From a virus, in the IMG/VR virus record IMGVR_UViG_3300006155_000004: a stretch of DNA of 64,000 bases. One strand, written 5' to 3'. The notes beneath the pieces are model-generated. The model made no database searches. It worked only from the letters and a program-made list of their open reading frames with translations, and had not been told where the DNA came from. A program made the position numbers and the translations under genes. Of this stretch, positions 16,745 through 26,899 are shown piece by piece. Position 1 is the first letter of the stretch. The number at the start of each line of letters is the position of its first letter.

Positions 16745-16841
16745 GGTATCACCTCCTTTGGGAGAATTATACCACAAACAACAGGTAAGCACCCAATCTA
16801 TGGGTGCTATTTTTATTATGCTTTGTAAAGGCGGTGAAGGC

Positions 16842-19800
16842 ATGGCAGAAATAGATTCCCTTGAGATTCAAATAACAGCGAGCAGCAGAGCGGCGGCAAC
16901 GGCAATAGATGCGCTCAACAGAAAGCTTGGGACGCTTGCAAACTCCCTTAATTTTGATGCGCCTGGTCTGGAAAAACTGGATAAAATCCACGGAGACAAC
17001 ATAAAAAACCTTGGAACAGGTCTAAACGCACTCGGAAAAGGACTGCAAAGCATACAGTCCATCCGAAGGATAGATTTCGGAAAAATTGCAACCGATGTGC
17101 GAAGGCTGTCAAACATCCAGTCCGGGAATCTCCAAACACTCGGAAACGCTATGCGCCCGCTTGCAGATGGAATCAATGCGCTGTCAAAAGCAAAGGTTGA
17201 CAATTCCAACCTTACCAATCTGATAAACAGCCTTACAAGACTGTCAAATGCGAACCTAAGCAACCTTAACGGGGCAAACTTCACGCAGCTTGGAACTTCC
17301 ATAAAGGATTTTGCAAATGCCGTATCGGGCGCAAACAAGGTGGAGCAATCCACAATCGCTATGACAAACGCGGTTGCAAAGCTGGCAGCAGCCGGAAAAA
17401 ACATAGGAAAAGTCACCGGAGCATTGCCGCACCTTGCAAACAGCCTGAAAGCCTTTATGAACACCATGCATGAAGCGCCGCAGGTAGCAAATGAGACAAT
17501 CACATTTGCACAGGCAATCGGGACACTGGCAAGTGCAGGGGACAAAACCAAGGCAACCGCAAGCAATTTAAAACAGCTTGGTACGGAACTGAAAAACTTT
17601 ATGCAGACCATGTCCGCGGCACCGAATGTCAGCGACAGTGTTATCAGAATGACAACCGCACTTTCTGGACTTGTTAATCAGGGCGGGAGGGTGACGCTTT
17701 CGTCAAACTCCCTAAGCAGCAGCTTTAGCCGGGTATCTGGAATGTCTGGAAGGCTCAGGACAAACTTTCGGAATCTGACAGGCTCCATGTCCGGTCTGAG
17801 CGGAGCGACCTCAAAAACGGCGTCCAGCCTTAAAGGATTTTTACGGCAGCTCATGTCAGCAACCGGTGTGTATTTCAGCATATACGGCGCAATCCGGGGA
17901 CTGAAATCTGCAATCGATATTTCGTCCGACCTGACAGAAGTACAGAACGTTGTGGACGTGGCGTTTGGAGATATGGCATACAAAGTCGAGGAATTTGCAA
18001 AGGTTTCCGTAAAAGATTTTGGAATGTCGGAACTTACCACAAAAGAAATAGCCGGACGGTTCCAGGCAATGTCAACCGCAATCGGTGTAAGTGCAGATAA
18101 AATCGGACAGGCAAACACGTTTTTAAGCGGGCAGACAAAAGGATATGTTGCGGTTTCCGATTCGATGGCAGACGTTTCTATTAACCTGACGAAGTTAGCC
18201 GCTGATATGGCATCGTTTTACAACGTCGAACAGACCGACGTAGCCAAAAGCCTTGAATCCATATTCACGGGAACCACGGCCCCGCTGCGAAAATATGGTC
18301 TTGACCTGACACAGGCAACTCTTTCCGAGTGGGCATTGAAACAGGGACTTGACGCTGATATAAGTTCCATGTCTCAGGCCGAAAAGACCATGCTGCGGTA
18401 TCAGTATGTCCTGTCAAATACAAAAGCAGCACAGGGCGACTTCGCGCGTACAGCAGACTCGTGGGCTAATCAAACACGTGTTCTGGCACAGCAGTTTGAA
18501 ATACTGGCTTCTGTAATCGGCGGCGTTTTTATTAACGCTTTTAAGCCGGTTGTCAAGACACTAAATGCCGTTATGGCAAAAGTAATATCATTTGCAAAAA
18601 CCGTAGCAGACGCACTTGGCACAATTTTCGGCTGGACATTTGAGGTAAATCCAGGCGGAATAACAAATGATTTTGGCGACATGTCATCTGGTATCGAAGA
18701 TGTTGCAGACAGTGCAGGAGATGCGGCAGATAAAGTAAAAGACACGACAGACGAAGTAAAAGACCTGAAAGCGAATTTGCAGGGAATTGATAAGCTACAT
18801 GTCATAAGCCTTGATAAAGACAAAGACAAAGGAAAGGACAAGGGAACCGGAAAAGACAAGGACAAGGGAGACGGAATTGGCGGAATAGGCGGCTTAGATA
18901 CAAACCTGTTTGAAACCAAGAGTGTATTGAAAAAATATAAAAGCAGCATTGACACACTGTACAAACTGGGAGAGTACATAGGAAAAACTCTGACAAAAGC
19001 ATTAAACAGCATAAACTGGGATAAAGTATACGCTGCGGCAGACAATTTCGGGATTGGTCTGGCGCAGTTTTTAAATGGGCTGATTTCGCCAGAACTGTTT
19101 GCTGCGGTTGGTCGGACGATAGCCGGGGCGTTGAATACCGCACTCCATGTGCTTGACAATTTCGGAGCAACTTTTGACTGGAAAAATCTTGGAGATTCGC
19201 TTTCTGCTGGACTGGTTGCGTTCTTGAAAGGCATTGACTGGGAAACCGCGCTGTCCGCTGCTGCAAACTGGGGAACCGGAATTGCGACGACTCTGAATAG
19301 TTTTATATCTCCAGAATCATTCGGGCTTGTCGGAGAATCAATAGCAAAGGCTTTAAACACAGCGGTGCAATTCGCGCTTAGTTTCGGACAAGAATTTGAC
19401 TGGACAAATTTTGGAGAATCTCTTGCTACGGGAGTAAACGAATTCTTTAGAAACTTTAATTTTGAAAATCTGGCAGAGGCAATTAACGTGTGGGCAAAAG
19501 GAATTCTTGACACCATGATAACATTTCTGGACAAAACAGAATGGTACATGATTGGAGAAAGAATTGGAACATTTCTTGCGGAATTAGACTTTGCAGAAAT
19601 AGGAGGGAAAATCGGGCAAGCAATATGGAAAGCTATAAACGCGGGGATAGAGCTGTTTAAGGGGATGTTTTCCAAAGCACCGATAGAAGCGGCAATAATA
19701 GCCGCTTTTGCAGCACTAAAATTAACGGGAGCAGGCTCGATTATAGCAGGAGGGATAGCAAAGGCGCTATCTTCCACGAAAGCAAAAATATCCACAGCAA

Positions 19801-22800
19801 TAACAAAAGTGTTAAAAACAGCACTGTTGAAACCTATATCAAAATTTTTTACGGCAACCCTGATTCCGTCTATTACGGGACTTTTTTCAACGGTCGGAAG
19901 TGCATTTGGACTTTCTGGAAGTGCGGCGGTAGCGGCAGGTGGAGGAGTCGTTGTTGCCGGAATCGTCACGGCTGTTGCGACGATAAAAGACCTCTGGGGC
20001 ACGTCCGAAATTTTCAGAAAATCTGTATTGGATGCCTTCGATAAAATAAAGAAAAGCGTTTCTGATGCTTTTGAAAAAGTATCGGGAGCGGTAAAACCTC
20101 TGATTGATGCATTTGGAGAACTTGGAAAAGCACTTTCAGACTTTTATCAGAAAGGCCCTTTAAAACCGATAGTTGAGCTGCTTGCAAGCCTTGCCGTAAC
20201 GCTGGGTGGTGCAGTAATATCAACAGCGATAGACGTTATATCTGATGCGTTTTCCGCCCTTGCAAACGTTCTGACGGGGGCTGTTGAAGTTATAACAGGC
20301 GTCTTGGAGGCACTTAACGGAATTATTCATCTTGATTTTGACATGGCAATAAGCGGAGCCGCAAAAGCCGCGAAAGGAATACTTGATGCGTTTTCTGGAA
20401 TTTTAGGAGGAATAATAAACGCCGGAGTTGATATTGTAAAAGGTCTGCTGAAAGGAATTTTAAGTGGATTTTCCAATATTGGCAGCTGGCTTAAAAAGAA
20501 TATATTTGACCCGTTTATTAATGCGTTCAAGAATATTTTCGGAATCCATTCTCCATCAACAGTAATGGCAGAACAAGGCAGATTTTTAATACAAGGCCTG
20601 CTAAATGGAATATCCGGCATGATTGGCAAAGTTACCAAGCTGTTTGCAGATATAAAAAACAGTATCGCAAGAGTATGGGGCGAAGCAAAAAAGAACACAA
20701 CCGAAGCGTGGAACACAATATCAAACAAAGTCAGCGAAACGTGGGGAAACATGAAGTCCTGGGCGTCGGAAAAGTTTTCTGCTATAAAAAATTCGGTTAC
20801 GGGCGCATGGGACAAGGCAAAAGAAAAAACCGTAAGCGCATGGACAACAATATCAAATAAGATAAGCGAAACCTGGAACAACATAAAGTCTTGGGCGTCG
20901 GAAAAGTTCAATGCGGCAAAGAAATCCATAAGCGATGCATGGGAAAGCGCGAAGTCCAAGACAACAAGCACGTGGAGCACGATTTCTTCAAAGTTGAGCA
21001 GTACATGGAACAACATAAAAACATGGGCATCTGATAAGTTTTCAAGTGCAAAAAATTCAATAGTAAATGCATGGAATACCGCAAAAACAAAGACACAGAG
21101 TACATGGGACACAATCAAAAACAAAATATCGAGCGTCTGGAAAAACATAAAGTCAACCATATCGGGGGCGCTGACCGGAGAAGGAGGCATAGCAGGAAAA
21201 CTGTCATCCGCATGGTCGAACATCAAAAGCACGGCATCAAAAATGTGGAAACAGATTGCTGACAGCATCTTAAGCCCGATTAAAAAAGCAATAGACGGTG
21301 TGAAAAATGGGATTAACTGGGTTCTGGAAAAGGTCGGGGCTAAAAAGAGCGTGATTAAAGGAAGCCCGAAATATGCTAAAGGCTCCAATGGAATCCCAGA
21401 AGACACGTTTGGCATAGTCAACGACCAGAAAGGCTCCACATACCGCGAACTAATCGTACCGCCGCACGGAAAGCCGTTCATCCCAAAAGGACGAAACGTC
21501 ATGCTTCCGCTTGAAAAAGGAACAAAAATCATGCCCGCAATGGAAACCAAGCGTTTTATTGGCGGGCTTCCTCATTTTGAGGGCGGAATAGGCGATTTTA
21601 TCGGCGGCGCATGGGAGAAAGTAAAAAACTTTACTGGACAGATATGGGATTATATTTCAGAGCCGAAAAAGATTGTCCAGATTGCCATAGATAAATTCAC
21701 GAGCATGACGGGCATTTTGGAACCTATGCTATCAATCGCAAAAGGGGCAGTAAGCACGATCGCGGACGGAGCGACCAGTTTTGTCAAGAAAATATTTGAC
21801 GAAGAACTAAAGGTTGACTACAAAGTCGGCGCAGGCGTGCAGCAATGGGCTGGACTTGCAGCAAAAGCCTTGCAGATAACAGGACAGTATTCAGCCGCCA
21901 ACCTCTCCTATCTTTTGCAGCAGATGCAACATGAGTCAAGTGGAAATCCGATGTCCATAAACCTATGGGATTCAAATGCAAAAAAGGGAACTCCATCCAA
22001 GGGATTGATGCAGGTGATTGACCCCACATTCCAGTCTTACGCAAAACCTCCATATAACAAGAACATTTATGATCCGTTATCGAACATTATTGCTTCTATA
22101 AGGTATTCGTTGGCAAAATACGGAAGTCTTTATAACGCATGGGCCAAAAGAGGATTTATAGGATATGAGTCCGGAATTGGAAAAATAACCATATCGGATA
22201 TCATACCGGGATACGCAAACGGCGGGTTCCCAGAATCCGGGCAACTATTTATGGCAAGGGAAAACGGATCGCCGGAAATGGTAGGAAAAATCGGGAGCCG
22301 GACGGTGGTGGCAAACAACGAACAGATTACGGACGCGGTGGCAAAGGCAATTGCGGAAAAGATGAATGAAACAACGGACGAATTTGGAAAGATCATGAAC
22401 CAACTTTTGAAAAAGATGGAAAAAATCTTTCTATCCGCGTCCGAACAAAAAGGTGTTGACCGAAAGTCTTTATACTTTGTGGCAGACAGACTTATTGCCA
22501 ACATCAAAGATTCCTTTTCTTCGATAACAAATGAGTTTTTAAAAACCGGAACAATTTCTGACAACGAAGTACAATCGTTACTAGAAAAAACCGCGCAAAT
22601 AATAGAAAAAGGCAGGCAAGACAACCAAGAAAACGCCGACGCGCTGAGTTTGATATACAAAAGCATATCATCAAATTCGGTGGATGCATTTAACGCTATG
22701 AATGAAGCTGCAAGCGCATATAGAAAATATGCAGAAAGCGCGAAAAAAGAAACAAAAAGAAAAGAAGAAATAGATATAGAAATAAATACAGACGTAAAAG

Positions 22801-23717
22801 AAGAAAGTGTTTACGATGCGGCAAAAAGCGTCATGGATGGAATGCGAGACGGAATGGATAAATATGTTTCAGAAATGGAACAATGGGTAAATTCTGTTAG
22901 AGAATCAACGCAAGAATGGTTTTCGATGGTTGGAGATGGAATTTATGTTTATGGGCAGGAGGCTTCTGACGGATATGGAGATGGGATATATGACGGATAT
23001 GAAGATGTGGTAAATTCGGCGGAATCAGTTGCAAGCGGAGCAGAAAGTGCGTTTTCTGGAACAGAAGAGGAGGTTCAAATAGATGGCGTGAATATTGTTT
23101 CTGGACTTCAAAGTGGAATGGAAGAAAGGTGGGGAGAGCTTTTAGAATGGATCGCTGAAAAAAAAGAAGAATTAACGCTAAGTCTTTCGGAATTAGAAGA
23201 AGCAATGATGCCGGTTGGCGAGGGGATTATCAACGGACTGGCGCATGGCATGGAATCGATGTGGTATTCCGTAGAAGAGTGGGCAAAGAAAATAGAAGAT
23301 ACATTTTCTTCTGCCAAAAGCACGGAAAAGAATATGGAATACTTGCAAAGTGTAGCAACAAAAATTGCAGATAGCGCAGAAATTACAGGAAAAGATAAAA
23401 CGGGATCTTTGGATAAACAAAAGTACAAAATAGCGGACCTTACACAAATTACAAAAAATAATAGCGTCGGGAAAGTCGTAGATCTTCGTGAGTACAACAA
23501 GAAAACAAATTATTCTGGAACAGACGTAAAAAACCAGAACGCAAGGGACATGTCTGTGAGCATGATTACAGCAATAAACCAGGCAATTGTGCCTGCGCTA
23601 CAAAAGATAGGAAATACGACCGTTGAATTAAAAGGGGATGCAAAAGGGTTGTTTGATGCGGTAGTAAAAGAAAACAGCAAATATAAAACGATAACCGGAG
23701 CATCCGCAATGCGGTAA
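16842..23717 (+). CDS. tail tape measure protein with internal lytic transglycosylase (SLT) domain
   Basis: 2291 aa from ATG 16842; helical A/L/N-rich N-part; DKDKGKDKGTGKDKDKGDGIGGIGG linker; five roughly 40-aa W-rich repeats (about 20.65-21.2 kb); QHESSGNP...GLMQV SLT motif at about 21.9 kb. Confidence 0.9.
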   Translation: MAEIDSLEIQITASSRAAATAIDALNRKLGTLANSLNFDAPGLEKLDKIHGDNIKNLGTGLNALGKGLQSIQSIRRIDFGKIATDVRRLSNIQSGNLQTLGNAMRPLADGINALSKAKVDNSNLTNLINSLTRLSNANLSNLNGANFTQLGTSIKDFANAVSGANKVEQSTIAMTNAVAKLAAAGKNIGKVTGALPHLANSLKAFMNTMHEAPQVANETITFAQAIGTLASAGDKTKATASNLKQLGTELKNFMQTMSAAPNVSDSVIRMTTALSGLVNQGGRVTLSSNSLSSSFSRVSGMSGRLRTNFRNLTGSMSGLSGATSKTASSLKGFLRQLMSATGVYFSIYGAIRGLKSAIDISSDLTEVQNVVDVAFGDMAYKVEEFAKVSVKDFGMSELTTKEIAGRFQAMSTAIGVSADKIGQANTFLSGQTKGYVAVSDSMADVSINLTKLAADMASFYNVEQTDVAKSLESIFTGTTAPLRKYGLDLTQATLSEWALKQGLDADISSMSQAEKTMLRYQYVLSNTKAAQGDFARTADSWANQTRVLAQQFEILASVIGGVFINAFKPVVKTLNAVMAKVISFAKTVADALGTIFGWTFEVNPGGITNDFGDMSSGIEDVADSAGDAADKVKDTTDEVKDLKANLQGIDKLHVISLDKDKDKGKDKGTGKDKDKGDGIGGIGGLDTNLFETKSVLKKYKSSIDTLYKLGEYIGKTLTKALNSINWDKVYAAADNFGIGLAQFLNGLISPELFAAVGRTIAGALNTALHVLDNFGATFDWKNLGDSLSAGLVAFLKGIDWETALSAAANWGTGIATTLNSFISPESFGLVGESIAKALNTAVQFALSFGQEFDWTNFGESLATGVNEFFRNFNFENLAEAINVWAKGILDTMITFLDKTEWYMIGERIGTFLAELDFAEIGGKIGQAIWKAINAGIELFKGMFSKAPIEAAIIAAFAALKLTGAGSIIAGGIAKALSSTKAKISTAITKVLKTALLKPISKFFTATLIPSITGLFSTVGSAFGLSGSAAVAAGGGVVVAGIVTAVATIKDLWGTSEIFRKSVLDAFDKIKKSVSDAFEKVSGAVKPLIDAFGELGKALSDFYQKGPLKPIVELLASLAVTLGGAVISTAIDVISDAFSALANVLTGAVEVITGVLEALNGIIHLDFDMAISGAAKAAKGILDAFSGILGGIINAGVDIVKGLLKGILSGFSNIGSWLKKNIFDPFINAFKNIFGIHSPSTVMAEQGRFLIQGLLNGISGMIGKVTKLFADIKNSIARVWGEAKKNTTEAWNTISNKVSETWGNMKSWASEKFSAIKNSVTGAWDKAKEKTVSAWTTISNKISETWNNIKSWASEKFNAAKKSISDAWESAKSKTTSTWSTISSKLSSTWNNIKTWASDKFSSAKNSIVNAWNTAKTKTQSTWDTIKNKISSVWKNIKSTISGALTGEGGIAGKLSSAWSNIKSTASKMWKQIADSILSPIKKAIDGVKNGINWVLEKVGAKKSVIKGSPKYAKGSNGIPEDTFGIVNDQKGSTYRELIVPPHGKPFIPKGRNVMLPLEKGTKIMPAMETKRFIGGLPHFEGGIGDFIGGAWEKVKNFTGQIWDYISEPKKIVQIAIDKFTSMTGILEPMLSIAKGAVSTIADGATSFVKKIFDEELKVDYKVGAGVQQWAGLAAKALQITGQYSAANLSYLLQQMQHESSGNPMSINLWDSNAKKGTPSKGLMQVIDPTFQSYAKPPYNKNIYDPLSNIIASIRYSLAKYGSLYNAWAKRGFIGYESGIGKITISDIIPGYANGGFPESGQLFMARENGSPEMVGKIGSRTVVANNEQITDAVAKAIAEKMNETTDEFGKIMNQLLKKMEKIFLSASEQKGVDRKSLYFVADRLIANIKDSFSSITNEFLKTGTISDNEVQSLLEKTAQIIEKGRQDNQENADALSLIYKSISSNSVDAFNAMNEAASAYRKYAESAKKETKRKEEIDIEINTDVKEESVYDAAKSVMDGMRDGMDKYVSEMEQWVNSVRESTQEWFSMVGDGIYVYGQEASDGYGDGIYDGYEDVVNSAESVASGAESAFSGTEEEVQIDGVNIVSGLQSGMEERWGELLEWIAEKKEELTLSLSELEEAMMPVGEGIINGLAHGMESMWYSVEEWAKKIEDTFSSAKSTEKNMEYLQSVATKIADSAEITGKDKTGSLDKQKYKIADLTQITKNNSVGKVVDLREYNKKTNYSGTDVKNQNARDMSVSMITAINQAIVPALQKIGNTTVELKGDAKGLFDAVVKENSKYKTITGASAMR

Positions 23718-23723
23718 AAAGGG

Positions 23724-24137
23724 GTGATGCGATTGCCGGGAAAATACAAAGGCTGGGACATTAAAATGCCGAAAGGCATTGTCCCAGCCAAATTTATTAT
23801 GGGATTCAAAGAAACACCTGACGCTCTTATGGATTTAGACCCACGACGGACAGGGGAGGGACTTTTGATTAGAAATGTGCTTCCTTATGTGGCAACCACA
23901 ATAGATATAACGTTTGTCCCAATGTCCATGTCGGAAAAAATGGAGCTGCAAGAATATTTTCCGCCGTCTGTATATGTAAAAGCTCCGGTAACATACTGGA
24001 ACGAAAAGCACAACGATTATTTTACAGGAGATTTTTATATACCGGAAATACCGTGGGAAAGATATGTGGACTGCTATAACGAACCTATCTACATAGCTAC
24101 TCCAATACAGCTCATAGGGTATGGTGAAAAACGATGA
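23724..24137 (+). CDS. distal tail protein-like (by position)
   Basis: 137 aa directly after TMP, overlaps next gene. Confidence 0.4.
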   Translation: MMRLPGKYKGWDIKMPKGIVPAKFIMGFKETPDALMDLDPRRTGEGLLIRNVLPYVATTIDITFVPMSMSEKMELQEYFPPSVYVKAPVTYWNEKHNDYFTGDFYIPEIPWERYVDCYNEPIYIATPIQLIGYGEKR

Positions 24138-26587
24138 TTAATGTAAGCGATAAAGTCAGGGAACTGTACAAGACGGACAGAGTCCCGATACGCAAAGAGC
24201 CGATCACAAAAAAACTGTATATCAGGATTCTGGAAACCGGAACCGTCATAAGCGACGCGGACATGGAACTGGAAAACTTTACGCTTGAGGAAAGTATATG
24301 TAGCGCAGGCGAAATAGTTTTCGGTTCCTGTGAAGCGTCGTTCGTTTCGTTCGCTGTATACCAGACAGTCGAGGATTTGTCCAGTAAGACCGTCCGTATC
24401 TGGCAGACTATAAACGGAAATGAGGTTCCGTTTGGAACATACAAGGTTGCAACAGTGACAAAACGGGACGGCGACCCAAGGTGGAAAGACATAACCGCCT
24501 ACGACAGAATGCCCGAACTTGACCGGGACGCTACGGCGTGGTTTACGGATTTCTGGAACAGGCATACGGTATCTACGATAAAAGAGTTCCGGCTGTCGTT
24601 TTTTGGGTTTATGGGGTTCGATATAGTGGAACAGACGCTTATAAACGACCACATGGAGATTAAAAAGACCATAGACCCGGAATTTATAAAGGCAAGATAC
24701 ATTGCCCAGAAGATCGGCGAGATCAATGCGAGTTTCGGTCATTTTACAAGAGAGAATAAATTTAAGTACATTGATATAGGATCTCTTGCTCTATATCCAG
24801 CGGAAGACCTGTACCCGTCAGAAGATTTATTCCCGTCTGAGTCAACCGAAATTTTGTCCGGGGATTCTGCTATGCTGTATTTTGCGGACGAGAGCCATTA
24901 CGAAGATTACTATGTGCGAGCGATAGATAGCGTGCAGATTAAGGATTCTGATGGGAGCGCGGGAATTATAGTTGGAGAGGAAAATAAAAACCCTTACATT
25001 ATACACAGCAATTTCTTTGCATTTGGAAAAAGCGAACAGGAATTAAGGAATATTGCGAAAACATTTCTTTGGTCAGTTAAACGAAAGTTTTATATACCAA
25101 ACACGACAAGCATGATCGGCCTGCCTTATTTAGAGGTTGGGGATTCTGTAACTATCATGTTAGAACAAGACGCAATAGAGTCGTTTATATTTCAGAGACG
25201 AATGACTGGGATACATGCATTAAAAGATGAAATCACGGCAAAGGGAAACGAATATAGGAAAAACGATATAGACGACGGCGCGGAACTGATGCAGCTAAAA
25301 TCCAAGATGGACAATGTAGTGGCAGACACAGATCAAAAACTGGAAGATCTTTCGGATGATATGGATGGCAAACTGGAAGATCTGTCTGATGATGTGGACG
25401 GAAAAATAGGAGATGTAAATGTAAAAATAGGAGATTTGAAAATTTCTTTGCAACAAACCAACGAGGGACTTTCTGCAGAAATTACAAGAGCAAAGGGAGA
25501 AGAAGCAAAACTAAGCAGCCAAATCATTATGACTGTAAACGAAATCAAACTTGCAGTCAGCGAGACATATCAGACGAAGTCGGATGCAAGCAGCCAATAT
25601 GCGCACCTTGAATCCTCCATACAACTGACAGCCCAGGACATTACATCTACGGTCAGCGCAACATATGAAACTAAGAGCGCTGCAAGCGCAAGCTACGCAA
25701 ACCTGTCTTCTCAGATTGTACAGACAGCAAACAGTATTACATCTACGGTCAGCGCAACATATGAGACAAAAAGCAATGCAGGAAGTTATTATCAGAGTTT
25801 TCAGTCGCAGATAACACAGACAGCCGACCAGATCAGCACAAAGGTTTCTGCTGGAGATGTGCAAAGTTTGATTGAGCAAAATGCAGATTCAATAAGGCTT
25901 AAGGCGGGGAAAATTGTTGTAGACTCCACTTATTTTAAGGTGGACATGTACGGGAACATAGATGCAAAAAGCGGGAAAATTGCTGGATTTACCATAGACA
26001 ATGGCGGATTTTCGTCTCCAAATGGAAGCACAACAATATACCACAACATAGTATATACGAGTGAATTAAGGCCGGGGAGTGGGATTAGTGATTTTATTAT
26101 AGGAAATTACGGAACCTTAACCAGCATATACGGAAGCAATGTAAAACTGACCGGGAATGTATACATGCCAACGGTATATTCAAATAACACGACAGCAGAT
26201 CCAAACATGCACATAACAAGCACAGGATACTTAAATACAAAGGGTGGATCTTCCAGAAAATGGAAACACGGAATAGGGGAAATAAAATCAGAAGAGATAC
26301 ATCATCACAAAATATATAAAACTCGAACATGTGAGTTTATATATAATGATGATTATATATCTATTCAGGATTGCCGAAGAGGGAAGAAAATACCAGGGTT
26401 CGTAATTGAAGATCTTGAAGAAGACTATCCGATAGCGGTTGATTATGATGAAAACGGAAATCTTTCCACATGGTCGCCTAGCATGTTCATTGCTCCGTTT
26501 GTAGAACTTCATAAAGAGCATCATGCAGATATAGAAGAAATAAAAAATATATTAAATAAAATTATCAAAAAAATAGGAGGTGTTTAA
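24134..26587 (+). CDS. tail-associated baseplate/tail-tip protein with coiled-coil repeats and C-terminal S74-type intramolecular chaperone domain
   Basis: 817 aa; repeats TSTVSATYETKS(A/N)A; LEDLSDD(M/V)DGK x2; C-terminus GGSSRKWKHGIGEI...IPGFVIEDLEEDYPIAV resembles endosialidase chaperone domain. Confidence 0.65.
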   Translation: MINVSDKVRELYKTDRVPIRKEPITKKLYIRILETGTVISDADMELENFTLEESICSAGEIVFGSCEASFVSFAVYQTVEDLSSKTVRIWQTINGNEVPFGTYKVATVTKRDGDPRWKDITAYDRMPELDRDATAWFTDFWNRHTVSTIKEFRLSFFGFMGFDIVEQTLINDHMEIKKTIDPEFIKARYIAQKIGEINASFGHFTRENKFKYIDIGSLALYPAEDLYPSEDLFPSESTEILSGDSAMLYFADESHYEDYYVRAIDSVQIKDSDGSAGIIVGEENKNPYIIHSNFFAFGKSEQELRNIAKTFLWSVKRKFYIPNTTSMIGLPYLEVGDSVTIMLEQDAIESFIFQRRMTGIHALKDEITAKGNEYRKNDIDDGAELMQLKSKMDNVVADTDQKLEDLSDDMDGKLEDLSDDVDGKIGDVNVKIGDLKISLQQTNEGLSAEITRAKGEEAKLSSQIIMTVNEIKLAVSETYQTKSDASSQYAHLESSIQLTAQDITSTVSATYETKSAASASYANLSSQIVQTANSITSTVSATYETKSNAGSYYQSFQSQITQTADQISTKVSAGDVQSLIEQNADSIRLKAGKIVVDSTYFKVDMYGNIDAKSGKIAGFTIDNGGFSSPNGSTTIYHNIVYTSELRPGSGISDFIIGNYGTLTSIYGSNVKLTGNVYMPTVYSNNTTADPNMHITSTGYLNTKGGSSRKWKHGIGEIKSEEIHHHKIYKTRTCEFIYNDDYISIQDCRRGKKIPGFVIEDLEEDYPIAVDYDENGNLSTWSPSMFIAPFVELHKEHHADIEEIKNILNKIIKKIGGV

Positions 26588-26589
26588 AT

Positions 26590-26883
26590 ATGCTAGATAA
26601 TGTTGTTATTTCAATTAACGTGTCTGCAAAATCTATTAGAAAAAACGAATCCGGAGAGCGGGAAGAGTGCGCAAGGTTCGGATCAAGCATAGCGATAGAT
26701 GGGAGTTGGAACACGAACAAGTCTGTCAATCCGGAAGCGTATCAATCAAATAAGGAAGAAACTAGATCTGATTTTGCGAAGTTTGAAGAAAGCGTGGAGG
26801 AGTTTTCGGGGGATATTTTCCCGGCACTAAACTCATTGGTGGAAAAATTCAAAAAAGAGCTTGAACGGGAAATTGCCAAATAG
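26590..26883 (+). CDS. hypothetical tail-module protein
   Basis: 97 aa behind ATAGGAGG. Confidence 0.45.
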   Translation: MLDNVVISINVSAKSIRKNESGEREECARFGSSIAIDGSWNTNKSVNPEAYQSNKEETRSDFAKFEESVEEFSGDIFPALNSLVEKFKKELEREIAK

Positions 26884-26899
26884 ATAGGAGTTGGTTTTT

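Noticed and set aside
16868-21550. Long antisense ORFs inside the tape measure gene (16868-17611, 18470-20002, 20327-21550 on the minus strand)
   Set aside because: They lie entirely within the 2291-aa + strand ORF. Their products are low-complexity (S/F/A/P-rich), they lack SDs, and they are the usual shadow frames of a biased, repeat-rich gene.
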